Shown piece after piece: positions 63,308 through 64,000 of a DNA stretch of 64,000 nucleotides. The position numbers and the translations under genes are program-made. The notes beneath the pieces were generated by a model. It was not told the DNA's origin, did no database searches, and saw only the letters and a program-made list of their open reading frames with translations. The stretch comes from Leucoraja ocellata (Eukaryota): assembly GCA_036785375.1 (NCBI GenBank), contig JAWMAR010000070.1, positions 7,502,001 to 7,566,000 of the forward strand, read 5' to 3'. Numbering within the stretch: the stretch's first letter is position 1; every line of letters starts with the position of its first letter.

Positions 63308-64000
63308 ATCTAACGTTACGTTGAAAGAGCAATAAAACTAATTTTGACAGTTGAACTCATTTCATTGGCTAGATCTTTGTGCACTAACACAAAATAACGT
63401 GAGTATTTCTTGGTGTAATAAGGAACTGCAGATTCTGGATTAGACCAAAGTGCTGGAGTAACACAGCGGGTCAGGCTGGAGAAAATAGATAGGCGACTTT
63501 TCAGGTCAGGACCCTTCTTCAGTCTGAATTGAGTCATAGTCACACAGCGTGGAAATAGGCCCTTTGGCCCAACTTGCCCACACCATCTATACTAGTCCCA
63601 CCTGCCTGGCCCATATCCCTCTAAACCCACCCTATCCATGTACCTGTCTAAATGTTTCTTAAATATTGCGATAGTACCTGCCTCAACTACATTCTTGGCA
63701 GCCAGCCAGTTCCAACCTTAGTGTGAAAAAGTTACCCTTCAGATTCCGATTAAATCCCCCCCCCCAACAACCTTAAACCAAAGTCCTCTAGTTCTCAGTT
63801 CCCCTGCTTTGGGCAAGAGACTCCGTGCGCCTACCCGATCTATTCCTCTCATGATTTTGTACACCCTCATCCTCCTGCGCTCCACCGAATAGAGTCCTAG
63901 CCTGCTCAACCTCTCCCGCTCACCGAACCAAAAAGCTATATAAAATCGACAAAATCATCGTAGCTTTGTACAAAGGAACAATAAATACAACTAGTTCGTA

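Overview
Eukaryotic, repeat-rich vertebrate DNA. It is most likely from a cartilaginous fish (skate/ray), inferred from the V-SINE/CR1 repeat complement. Left to right the window holds: (1) the 3' ~4.5 kb of a recently inactivated DIRS tyrosine-recombinase retrotransposon (gag, RT/RNase H/adenine-MTase-like, YR, ICR plus right terminus); (2) a rearranged 13-kb cluster with two convergent genes, each encoding a secreted single Ig V-type domain, plus a third orphan promoter fused to a truncated Gypsy element; (3) an intact acidic-chitinase-like gene with 11 coding exons (chia, minus strand, 477 aa, one CBM14); (4) a 5.5-kb palindrome and an orphan frameshifted CBM14 exon; (5) a second, divergently oriented GH18 gene with 11 coding exons (plus strand, ~581 aa), a DxxDxHxE catalytic motif and three tandem CBM14-like domains. 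The two Ig genes share almost identical promoters, leaders/propeptides (RxPR site) and polyA blocks, but their V domains are highly divergent and oppositely charged. The best candidates for something undescribed are this constant-leader/variable-IgV gene pair and the His-substituted triple-CBM14 chitinase-like gene beside it. Most short ORFs in the track are translations of repeats.
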